DNA of 64,000 bases from Carcharhinus longimanus (Eukaryota). A program made the translations under genes and the position numbers. The stretch spans positions 95,133,692 through 95,197,691 of the forward strand of contig JASCQW010000190.1 in NCBI GenBank assembly GCA_030264375.1, given 5' to 3'. Shown one piece after another: positions 27,678 to 39,009 of this stretch. The first letter of the stretch is position 1; each line of letters starts with the position of its first letter. The notes under the pieces are model-generated. The model had not been told where the DNA came from, did no database searches, and saw only the letters and a list, made by a program, of their open reading frames with translations.

Positions 27678-29839
27678 AAAATCTACAGTGCTGACAGGTC
27701 TGTCTCATTTGTGTTAAAGGTTTTAGTTAGTTAATTCCAGGTATGGAACAGAGTTTAATATGCCAACAAAGAATGAAATGAGGATATATATTCTAACTAT
27801 TAAAAAAAATTCTGTGCTGCAGGGACGCTACGATAATCTGTGGCTGCCATGCTTTATTTAAAAATACATACCTGGCCTTTTGTAGGGACTTTATGACCAA
27901 ATTAACTGGACACCTTATTATGGAATCCTAATCTAGTTATATTGTATGTCTGGCCTTTGTATATTGAGATTGTTTACATCTGTGAGATCTTCTGTGTCTC
28001 AGAAACAGCTGCTTTGATTTATTTGTGAAGGATATTTTTTGTCTGCAATTTGGACATCAAAGCAAAGGATGGAAGGCATCTGCCACATTTTTTATCTTTT
28101 CATAATTTGCTGTATTTGTATATGTTGAGGCTAATTTCTCCTAAAATGTTTCATTCACGTCTAAAACTTACTGAACAGAGCTGCAAATTTTTAGAACTTT
28201 TATTGTTTAAAGGAACAGATGAGATGAAGTTAAGTCTTTTACTTGTTGATATTTATCTGTTGATCGCTTTTGCCTCTGCATAATTTTACTTCCAATAAAT
28301 CAAATTTAGCTGTTTAGTCTGAACTGCACAGTTTGATCATGTGATGTTCTTCCATAGATATGATATCAGAAGTATGGGTAACTTTCTCCTGCTATTGCTT
28401 ATCGCCTTGGCGTAAGAGTTCTTCACAGTAGAAGAAGCATTGATTTCAAATGCTGTCATTATCCTGTAGCAGAGTGCATTAAGTACCATCCAGCATTGTA
28501 CTGTACAGGTTATTAATTTGTATCTTGCTAATTGCAGGTTTCCATTCTGCTCTTTTAACACATTAATATAAACGTCATAGCAAATGTAATCCAAATTAGT
28601 CCACTGGAAACAGATTGAGAGCCGTAGTACAGGGTAGGGGGGGAAGCTATCTCTTGGCTCACTGAGCTGATGATGATCTTTCGTGAGTTATGCAGTGAAT
28701 ATAAGATTCCTTTGACCTCTGTCAGCAGGGAGGTACTCTGTTCTAGGCGAGACAATTCCTGGAATCTCAAACAGCCTGTTCGCTCTGAGTTGCTATGCCA
28801 TCTGTCAAATGGTGATTTACACAACTTGTGCTTTTATTTCTTCTTGGTACAAGGTAGTTGTTCGTTTGAATCGGTAAATAGATTTTTTTATTTTTTTCTG
28901 TGTGGCACAACAACTGCAAGGACAGGAAAACATGTTGAGGGGTCTCAGAAGTGGAAATGTCACTGTAGTCCTGCAGTGATGGCTAGTGTTTGTTTCCATT
29001 ATCAACATGCTGCGTTGGTGATGATCTTTGATATTTCATTATGGAAAGGTGCTAAGGTATTCAGGGTCTCCCAGTAGTGAGGGAAGCAGTCATCTTAGTA
29101 TGGTTCGGTGCCTCTTACCAACTTGTTTCAGGGCACAATTGGGTGAACCCTGCAAACATGTCACTCACTCTCCCAGTCTCTGAATACCATCTCAAGAGAG
29201 GCGATTAGAAAAGATAATAAATTTTACAAAAGCAGCATAAAGAAATAATCAACCATCACAAATTATAATTCTGAAGTTGCAGAGGGAGGATTAAGATTGT
29301 GGTCAAGAAACTAAAAGACAGGACTGAGAAATGTGGAATGACTTGAAGTAAGAACTTCAGTGGTCCCAGTCTAATTTCAGAATGCAGTCTGAGCTTTGAA
29401 AGGACATTAACTGCTCCATTCCCAAGGATAATTAATGTCATTGCCTGCACTGAAGGAACTGACATTTCCTCTTGTAATTAAGTTTGTGTGTGCAGATTAG
29501 GGCATCTGTTCACACAGTGCTAGTTTGAATTTAATTTTTTATTTCCAATCATTCTCACACACAGTATAGTGAAGCACACTAGTTTTTTGTTATTTTTGTT
29601 TTATGTTTTGGAGTATTTTCATGAATACGTGAACAGTAGTTCTTCTTAAAAAGTTATTGTTTTTGCTTCACATTCTCTTCCCTGTGCATGTTTAATTGGA
29701 TACCTTTTCTCAGGACTCTGCTATTCCAGCTGCTACTGACCAAGATGAGGTTTCATTGTGCTACACTACAGCTTTTTTAAAGATTGGATAGGTTTTGAGG
29801 AAAAAAAGTTGACGAGGTTTAGCATCCTTAAGAAATTGA

Positions 29840-30140
29840 GTGGCATGGTGGCACGGTGGCTAGCACTGCTGCCTCACAGTGTCAAAGACCCGGGTTCAAT
29901 TCAGGCCTCTGGTCACTGTCTGTGTGGAGTTTGCACATTCTTCTCATGTCTGTGTGGGTTTCCTCCAGGTGCTCTGGTTTCCTTCCACAGTCCAAAGATG
30001 TGTGATAAATTGTCCTTAGTGTCAGGGGAATTGACAGGGTAAATACCTGGATTATGAGAATAGAGCGTGGCTGGGATTATGATCAGTGCAGACTCAATGG
30101 TCCAAATGGCCTCCTTCTGCACTGGGATTATTTTCTATGA
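29840..30140 (+). mobile_element. tRNA-derived SINE, HE1-like
   Basis: ggtggcacggtggctagcactgctgcctcacag...gggttcaattc...ggcctccttctgcact. Confidence 0.88.
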
Positions 30141-31573
30141 TTATCTTCTTTGATCATGAAAATCCTTGCCATACACTTGCAGAGAAATTACAGGCTTTTA
30201 TCAGACATCATATCCCACCCACCTCTAGGGGAAAAGTTCGCAGTTTGGAAACAAATTTGTGATTCACCATTTCTTGCTTTATGTCTCTTAGCTCCCCCGT
30301 TCAGCCTGATTAGATTGTATTGCTTGAGTTTTGGATTACTTCACCAGACCTGGTGATCATTTTAACACAAAGGACGTTTTTGAATGTCAAAGGCTGGGAT
30401 TATAATCAAGCCACCAGTGTCGAGATTATATACTTTGCGTGGATCATTGTCAATTTAGACTGAGATTAGAACCTAGCCACCTAGGATGCGAATGTGCAAT
30501 TCTCGTTGAAAATAAAGTGGACCATTAGTAAACGGAAAACAGTGAGTCAGTGCAACCTGAACTCTGCGCTGCTAATCTCTGGTTGGGTTTACAGCTCCTT
30601 TGTCATGAGTATAATTGGTTCCGCTTGTATGGAGCTTCAAGTTACCTCATTATTTATCAACACCCAGACAGTGTGGTTGGCACTTCCTGCAATTACTCCA
30701 GAAGACGTTGTATGGCAGAATTTACAGCCAATTGCCCTTACAAATCCTGCCTGTTACACTAAGTAATGAGCTTGAATTGCTCTCTGTTGACGGAAATAAT
30801 TGATTAAGATTAGTGATAACTTTTTCGTATTAAAGACATGGTCAGGTAACCCTATATTGGGAAATGCTCAATGAACTATAGTAATGTGAGTCTTAGAACG
30901 TTCCTATTTCACAGTTTGATTATAGGGAAGAGACAATGCTAGAATCTCCTCGGTTTTTCCAGCATTTACTGTTGTTCTTTCAGATTTCCAGCATCCACAG
31001 TATTTTGCTTTTGTTTATATTGAAACTACAAGTTCCAATGTAGTTGGGAACCTGCTGCTGTAAATATCATCGAACTTCAGAGTATTGGTATTCCGTACTG
31101 TAGGGGTTAAAATAGATCTACCTAAGTAGACTCTACATCCCATCTTTTCAATTCATTCATGCAATATGAGCATCAATGGCACACACTGTACTTGTTGCAC
31201 TGTACTTATCCCTAATTGTTCTTGAGAAGGTGATAGTGTGCTGCCTTTTTGAATACAACTAAGTGGCTTGCAAGGCTCTTTCAGAGGGTAGTTAAGAATC
31301 AACTATATTGGTTGTAGGTATGGGGCCATATACAGACAAGACCTGATAAGGGCAACAGATTTTCTTCCCGAAGGAACATTAGCGAACAGTTGATACTTTT
31401 AAAACAATTGGGTAGTTTCATGCTCATCATGACAGATTCTAGCATTTTTTTTCAGATTTGTTTAATTGAATTTAAATTTGGATTTGAACTTGTGCACTGT
31501 ACCACAATCCTTATAACTTTGAATCTGTGTATACATACTCTGCTTAACATTGTTGCAGATTTTTCAATGCCGC

Positions 31574-31580
31574 TACTAAC
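31574..31580 (+). promoter_or_regulatory. Consensus branch point TACTAAC for HDAC8 intron 9
   Basis: Exact TACTAAC ending 17 nt before the exon 10 start. Confidence 0.75.
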
Positions 31581-31597
31581 CACAATTGACCTCTCAG

Positions 31598-31703
31598 TAC
31601 TTTACAGAGTATGGACCTGATTATGTTCTAGAAATCACCCGAAGCTGTAGGACTGACCAGAATGATCCCCAGCGAATTGAGCAGATACTTAACACCATCC
31701 GAG
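31598..31703 (+). CDS. HDAC8: HDAC8 exon 10
   Basis: ctctcag|TAC TTT ACA GAG... [35 protein letters not shown](G)|gtgagc. 106 bp. Confidence 0.97.
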
Positions 31704-31827
31704 GTGAGCACTGTGTACTGTCATGAAATTCAGAAAAGCAGATGAGCTCATATCAAATTGATGGTGAATTTTCTGAATGTGTTCAGGACAGTTTCCTGGA
31801 ACTATCACAGGGTGGGCCATACTGGAG

Positions 31828-31940
31828 TTAAAAATAAGTAATGAGCTGGATCTATTTAGTAGCCTAATGTGGCATGACATTTATCCATTAGCACCCTAAT
31901 ATGATTGAGTACGTTGTCCTGTTTGAATGGGAGAGAGGCG
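31828..31940 (+). repeat. Inverted duplication, left arm
   Basis: 113 bp, reverse complement of 33577-33689 with 6 substitutions by manual comparison. Confidence 0.92.
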
Positions 31941-32502
31941 AAACAGCTACAAAGATTCAATTAAGGTTGACTTCAACAGGATCTGTTAATGGCTAAAACT
32001 GTAGAAGATCAGTGGCGGTGTTCAAATTATAATTTAGTGATACAAATAATACTACTAAGGGGCAGGAGCTCGACCTGCCAAGAAAAAAATAATTGATGAC
32101 TAAATTGAATCAACAATGACATAAAACTAATTTAGAAAATAATTCCCAGAACTCTGTATGTGAATCCCTCGAATTGAGTTTCACCTCTGCAAAAGTCCTG
32201 AAATAGCTTTTATCAAACTCGCAAATGACATCTTGTGTGACTTTGACAGGTGAGCATTCCTCCTGTTCTTCCTTGGCCTATCTGTTGGCTTTGACACAGT
32301 TTGACCACATTATCTTCCTCTGTGCTTCTCCATTGTCATCCAGCTAGGTGGAACTGTACTCACCCATTTTCATTCTTGCCTACCTAAATGTAGTCAGAGG
32401 TTTTTCTTCCCATTTTTATACTATTCCTGAGGTATGCCTCACAAACTTATCCTTGACACCCTTCTTTTTCTCATGTACATACCATCATTCAGCAACATCA
32501 TC

Positions 32503-32705
32503 ACAGGGTGGCACAGCGGTTAGCACTGCTGCCTCACAGCGCCAGGGACCTGGGTTCAATTTCCAGCTTGGGTCACTGTCTTTGCGGAGACTGCTGTACT
32601 TGTGTCTGCATGGGTTTTCTCCAGATGCTCCAGTTTCTTCTTTCAGTCCAGAAGACTTGCTGGTTAGGTGCATTAGCCATGCTAAATTCTCCCTCAGTGT
32701 ACCTG
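32503..32705 (+). mobile_element. tRNA-derived SINE (second tail type), truncated by a gap
   Basis: ggtggcacagcggttagcactgctgcctcacagcgccagggacc...gctaaattctccctcagtgtacc. Confidence 0.85.
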
Positions 32706-33283
32706 NNNNNNNNNNNNNNNNNNNNNNNNNNNNNNNNNNNNNNNNNNNNNNNNNNNNNNNNNNNNNNNNNNNNNNNNNNNNNNNNNNNNNNNNNNNNNNN
32801 NNNNNTATGAGGCTAGACTGAATAAACTGGGATTGTCCTCCCTGGAAAATCAGAGGTTGAGGGGCGACCTGATAGAAGTTTGTATTATTATGAAGGGTAT
32901 AGATAAGATGAGCACTTGGTAGCTTTTTCCTAGGGCAAAAATGACAATTACAAGCCCTCAGAAAAGTGGGTCCAATTTCAAATAAAGTGCAGATGACAAT
33001 GAACGCTTCCACACTCATTCTCCGACCTTCATTATCCTCAGGCTCAGCTATACATTCATGGCCACATAGTCTCATAATCTTTTTATCTATTGATTCCTTT
33101 TCTCCCTTTCCTTTTCTCCTTTAAACTATATCTTTCTGTAGGTAGCGCTCATCGTCTTTATCTCACCACAGTGGTCATTCTTCGATAATGAAACCAAACA
33201 CTAATGGTGGACATTATAAAAGACACATATCGAGTGCTTTTCACCAGAAGCAAATATTGGTAATTAGGCACATTAGATAATTA

Positions 33284-33576
33284 GGCAGCATGGTGTTGCA
33301 GTGGTTAGTACTGCTGCCTCCCAGTGCCAGGGACACAGGTTTGGGTCACTGTCTGTCAGAATCTGCACATTCTCCCCATGTCTGTGTGGGTTTCCTCCAG
33401 GTGCTTCCTCCCATGATCCTAAAGAAATGCAGATTAGGTGCATTGCCATGTTAAATTCTTCCTCTGTGTACTCGAACAGGCGCTGGACTGTGGTGACTAG
33501 GGCATTTTTGCAGTAACTTCATTGCAGTGTTAACCGAAGCCTACTTGTGACACCAATAAATACATTTTTAAAAAAA
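33284..33576 (+). mobile_element. tRNA-derived SINE (tail taacttcattgcagtgttaa...acttgtgacaccaataaa)
   Basis: Same head as other copies with a distinct 3' tail, also seen at 54020-54320, 49365-49780 (-), 48420-48595 (-) and 63725-64000 (-). Confidence 0.85.
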
Positions 33577-33689
33577 CGCCTCTCTCCCATTCAATCAGGA
33601 CAATGTACTCAATCATATTAGAGTGCTAATGGATAAATGTCATGCCATATTAGGCTATTAAATAGATGCAGCTCATTACTTATTTTTAA
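33577..33689 (-). repeat. Inverted duplication, right arm
   Basis: Reverse complement of 31828-31940. Confidence 0.92.
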
Positions 33690-35469
33690 AAACATGCTGT
33701 CCATAAATTCACATGTATGGCAATGATACCATCTTGACCTCACCTCTGCCTCTCTCAATTGCTTCACCGCTTATAAATCAATGTCAGCCAAGCAGTTTAT
33801 TCAGTATTGGATGAGCAAAAAGAATCTCCAACTAAATATACGGAAGACTGAAACTGTTTTTTTTGGTCCCAATTCCAAATTCTTTTCCCTAATCCCCTGA
33901 CTCCATCCTTCTCCCTAGCATTTGGTATGTTGCTGAATCATATTGTTCACAACCTTGATGTTATATTGGATCTAAAAATGAGCTTCTTAACACTTAACCT
34001 GTGCCATCACTAAGACTATTTTCACCTCTGTAACATCAGACACCTTCATTGTCTCAAGTCACCTGCTACTGAAACCCTCATCCATGCTTTTGTTATCACT
34101 TGGCTATTTGAATGCATTGATGGCTGGCCTTTCACATTCTCTCCTTGCTAAAGGTCATCCAAAACTCTGCCTGTGTTCTTACTTTCACTAAGTCCCATTT
34201 GTCTGTCACCTCTATGAACACTGACCCACCTTGGCTTCCATTAAGCAACTTAGAAACATAGAAAAACTATAGCATAATACAGGCCTTTCCACCCACAAAG
34301 TTGTGCCGAACCTGTCCCTACCTTAGAGATTACTAGGCTTACCTATAACCCTCTATCTTACTAAGTTCCATGTACTTATCTATAGAGACATAGATTTAAA
34401 CATAGATTTATCTATGGAAACATNNNNNNNNNNCATATTGATTTAAAATTCTCATCCTTGTTTTCAATTCCCTGCAATGTCTCGACCCTTCTGTAAACTT
34501 CTTCCAGCCCCATAACATTCCAAGATATCAGCACTCCTCACATTCTGGTCACATGAACATCTCTCTTTATCAGTGGCCATCCCTTCAACTGCGAAGGCCC
34601 TAAATTCTGGAATTCACTCTGAACGCCTCTCTGCCTCTCTAGTCCTCCTTCAAGTTGCTCCTTTAAAAATTACCTCATCTGTCCTAAATGTCCTTACATT
34701 GCTTTTTGTCAAATTTTGCTTTAAAACTCTGCTATTAAGTGCCTATGGCTGTTTTATTTAATTAGGATTGCTGTATAAATGTAAGTTGTAGAAAATACAC
34801 ACAAAATCCTTATGAATAGCAAATGCATAAAGAACAGAAATGGGTGACAAAATATAGTAAGAGCTACAAAGAAGGAGTATGAAAATAAACTTGAGGGAAA
34901 TCAAATTAACGCTACTGAAGAAAATAATGGCCAGAAATATAGGCACCCTTACCTGGCCAATGAATGACCACTTTAAAGTTACCTCCTGCTACAGCTGGTA
35001 GCTTACTGGTGGCAAGGGTGCCCATACCACATGCGACGCTGTCAAGTAAAGGTTGGTAGTAGGGCAGCTGGCTTGGCTGTGAGATGGTTGGGGGTTCCTC
35101 CTGCTCAGGAAACCTATACCTAATGAAACCGTCTCCCCATTGCAATAGAAATGGCTGCCCCTGCTTCGCACTCCACCCCCTTGTCTCTCAATCAGGCCCC
35201 TTCATCCCTCCCCTCACTGGGACCTGCTTGACTGGCTCTGACGAAGCCTTCAGGAACATTCCATGGCACTGCTTATGGACATGTTGCTGGTCATCTGGAG
35301 GTAGGATATTCTCACATACAGGGACAAAAGCTATACCCTCAGGCAGCTAACTGCCTAACAACTATAAAATCTGTTAGTGGTTTCCCAGGCCAGAGGACGT
35401 GGGCTCACTCCTGACTTTTCACCAAGTGGTCAGGGCCAAAACCATCAAACATTCCAACCAATGTCACTG

Positions 35470-36730
35470 AAGATTGCTAAATCTTAGACAGATTTCACAT
35501 TAGGATTTTAAAGGAAATAGACAAGAAAATTGCAGGTGCCTTTACTGTAATTTTCCAAAGGAATTATTTCTTTAGATTGGAAAATTCCTGATGTAATTCC
35601 ACTATTTAAGAAAGGCGATAGAACAAAACCAGCGCGTCATAGACTAGATAACCAACATCTGTGGTCAGCAAGTTATTAAAGTTTATAATTTAGGAAAGGG
35701 TCACTGAACATCTGGAAGGCTTTCGCTGATCATAGAGAATTATCATGGTAAAATAGGTCATGCCTGATAAACCTGTTTGGTTTTGTTTTTGAAAAGGTAA
35801 CTGAAATAGTGTACAAGAGAATCTCGATGGATATCGTTTATATAGTCTTTCAGAAGATAAAATCCTTGATAAGAAATTGGTAGCTAAGCTTGGAAGTCCA
35901 TGAAATAACTGACTCAGTTAGGAAATGGGCTAAATAGTGGGTGATAGAAAGTAGGCTGAATAGACAGATACTCTAAATAGCAGTGCTGACTAGTGCTAGG
36001 TTCTCAACTGTTCACAACATTCACCCGACTTTGCAATTGAGAGTCACATTTTCAAGCTTGCCAATTCCACAAAGCTGGGAAGCATTGTAAGCAGTGCTGA
36101 TGAAACATTAAATTACAAAGAAATTAAGTAAATGAGCAAAACGCTGGCAAATGGATTTCAATATAGACAAGTGGGAGCTCTCCACTTTGTATATGAAGAG
36201 ATAGAAAAAAGTGTTATATAAATCATGCAAAGCTAGAAACAATGGCTGTCCAAAGAGAATGAGAGCCCATGTAAGTAGATTATTACATATTACAAACAGG
36301 TACAAAGATAATCAAAAAGTGAGTGGAATACTGGTGTTTGTGTCCAGAAGATTAGAATGTAAGAGGCTTGTAGTTATGCTACAGCTATACAAAGCCTTAG
36401 TTTGACTCAGCTGGAATGCTGTGTTCAGTTCAAACTGATTTATTGGTCTTGGAGGGAGTGTAGTTCAAAGTTATTAGAGAACATGGCCTGAAAATAAGAG
36501 CTATGCCTTTCTGGGGTTAAATTAGGAAACACTTCTACTTGCAAAGGAAGTTTTGAACTCTCTTCTGCAAAATGCAGTTGTTAATTTTAAATCTGAGATT
36601 GATGGATTTCAGTTGAAAGGATTTCAAGAAAATGGAACAAAAGTTGGAGAATGGAGTTAGTTCGTAGATGGGGTATGACATCACTGAATGTTGGAACTGG
36701 CCTGAGTGGCTAACTGACATACTCCTGTGT
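35470..36730 (+). mobile_element. Degenerate CR1 LINE, RT to 3' tail
   Basis: DWKIPDVIPLFKKG, RWQMDFNIDK, VMLQLYKALV motifs and a CR1-type tail. Confidence 0.8.
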
Positions 36731-38986
36731 TCCAAAAGGTGGAATCACGGGTCAGCACTAGTTATAATGGGCACTGGCTCATGGGCTTCCTCAAGGAGAT
36801 GTCTTTTTCCATTCTGGATTTCTGGTCTGAGGGACACAAAATTAAATCAGGATATCCATTTTCTAGTTAGGCAGAGAAATTCTACAGTAATCATAAGAGT
36901 TTGAGTGACTCAAAGATGGTTGTACTTCCAATTTTCTTTCATGGTCCTATTATTGGGAATTTTCCTGTCACCTTTTCAATACTGAACTTGCCCACAAAAG
37001 TATGGCTAGGATTAGAGTTCAACGGTAGAAGATCAAACTTTTTCCCCTCCATAATCAATGGTTAAGTTTACTGGCATAGTGTTCTGTTGATAAAGCCCTT
37101 CTTTCCAGAAGTATTTATTTATATAGCATCTTTACTGCTGATGTTCCAAGGCACTTCACAGGACTATTATCAATCAATATTTCACAAACTTAAAAAGTGA
37201 TTAAACTGTATAGCTATCCTCTGAAGTTGGACTTATCTTCTACTTGCCAAGGTGCTGTGATCTGAGTATTGGGAAAGTTAGCTGGATTACATTTTTTAAG
37301 ATAATGTCAGATTTGTTGCAAAGAAAAGTAAGCTGCTCAAATTTAATTACACAACAATGATCAGTCCAACTTCACTGTTTGGGGTCCGGAAAAGGTCTAT
37401 CAAGAAGCTAAACTGAAATTACATCTATAGTTTACAACCTATCCTTTTGAAGTGGAAGCATTTTACTTCCTATTTAAATGTGGCACAGTAAGCGCCATAG
37501 ACCCAGGTTCGATCCCTGGTTGGGTCACTATATTTGCGGTGTTTGCATGTTTTCCTCTGTGTGGGTTTCCTCCCATAGCTGAAAAGACGTGCTCCTTGCA
37601 ACATTGGAAATTAAAACCTAAGATCTGTTGTGCAACCTCAATATGGACAGCCAACATAAAATGCACTGAGAGCTTCCATAGCAGTAATCCATAAGTCTCA
37701 TTAGATGCACAAATAATAACATTAAGAAACTGTCCCACAATATAACTGGTGAACCTGAGCATCGCCGCAGCCCAAGAGTCTCTTTTTGGACCTTGTGCTG
37801 TTGAGGAAGCCATGATTAAAAGAAAACTCACCCTGGCACCCTAGTCCATTGCCACCCTAGTCCATTGCCACCTTTGTCTAATTCTGTCTGCTCTCCTTTC
37901 GTTTAAACTTTCTGGAAAATCCCTATTAGCATTCAAAATTCAGGTTTCATGAGCACCAGCAAATTATTCAAATTGACCAGTATGTGCTATCTGGCAATAT
38001 CAGATCGTTACTTCACAGGTGCATGGAATATCTTAGCAGCATTGTTGGCAAGTCTGCAAAATGAGATTTTCGTTGCATCTGGCTATAGCTAATCATGCAA
38101 AAATATACTTTTGTGAGCTTGTAATAGTGGGTATAGCTAAGCATAAGTATTGTGTCTCTAAGCACACCGTACAAAATGCAACCTGAACACAGGAAATGCA
38201 CTTGTTTAACATGTTAACTGTCAAGAATGCATTTCTGCAAGTACCATATGCTTGGTGGTGCAATTGTTCAAAGTGCAAAAGCAGAAGGTGGCTTATTATA
38301 CATATATAATAAAACAGTATTTTTTTCTTAGTTGTGATGCTTGAATGCCATTAGTCTTAAACAACATTATATAAACTTATATTATTAAAATTTTCAGAAT
38401 AAAATTGTGTTCATTATCAGATTTTACTATATCAGGAGTTAGCTATTGGGCCTTCCTGATAGTTTGATAAATTGAAAATTCAAGTTAATTAAAATTGACT
38501 GTTTTGGATTGTGTTCAATCTATTTCTTCATTAAATGTTTGCACTGACTAGATGATCTGAGTATATCCTGGACCTAAATTGGAATTAATGCTATTGAATG
38601 GTGCAGTTAAAAAGATTGAAACACTGCTTGCACACAGATACAGACATGCATCCCATCTTCCCAATAATTGGAAACAGGAACTTGCCATCTAATTAGCCAT
38701 ATTCTGACACCACAGCAGTAAGCATGATCTCTGTTCTAATGGTAATACAGAAATAATCCTTCTAAAAAGAGATCCTGTCATGGTTGTATGATTTAACATT
38801 CATCATTACTATCTATTTCTGCACTTTACTGAGAATACTCCTAGATTTGCTAAAGTGAAGATCTGACTATGTTTGATTCACACTTTTCTGCATTTGTTCT
38901 GAAGCTAATATGCTAGTGGCATCGTGCTATGAACCAGGGAGGGCAAAAGTTTATGTAAAAATATTGTTTTTGTGTGTGTTTTCCAG

Positions 38987-39009
38987 GAAATTTGAAGAAT
39001 GTAATTTAA
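38987..39009 (+). CDS. HDAC8: HDAC8 exon 11, coding part to stop
   Basis: ttttccag|GA AAT TTG AAG AAT GTA ATT TAA gives GNLKNVI*, compared with human GNLKHVV*. Phase matches exon 10. Confidence 0.93.

Larger units (their letters stand above)
32180..34760 (+). mobile_element. Old L2-clade LINE RT and 3' fragment, interrupted by an insertion at ~32503-33689
   Basis: Decayed ETA(L)IK..NDIL / LSxxFDTVDH motifs at 32190-32320; resumes at ~33690 with FHMY(A)xDT-like sequence and ETLIHAFV. Confidence 0.7.
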
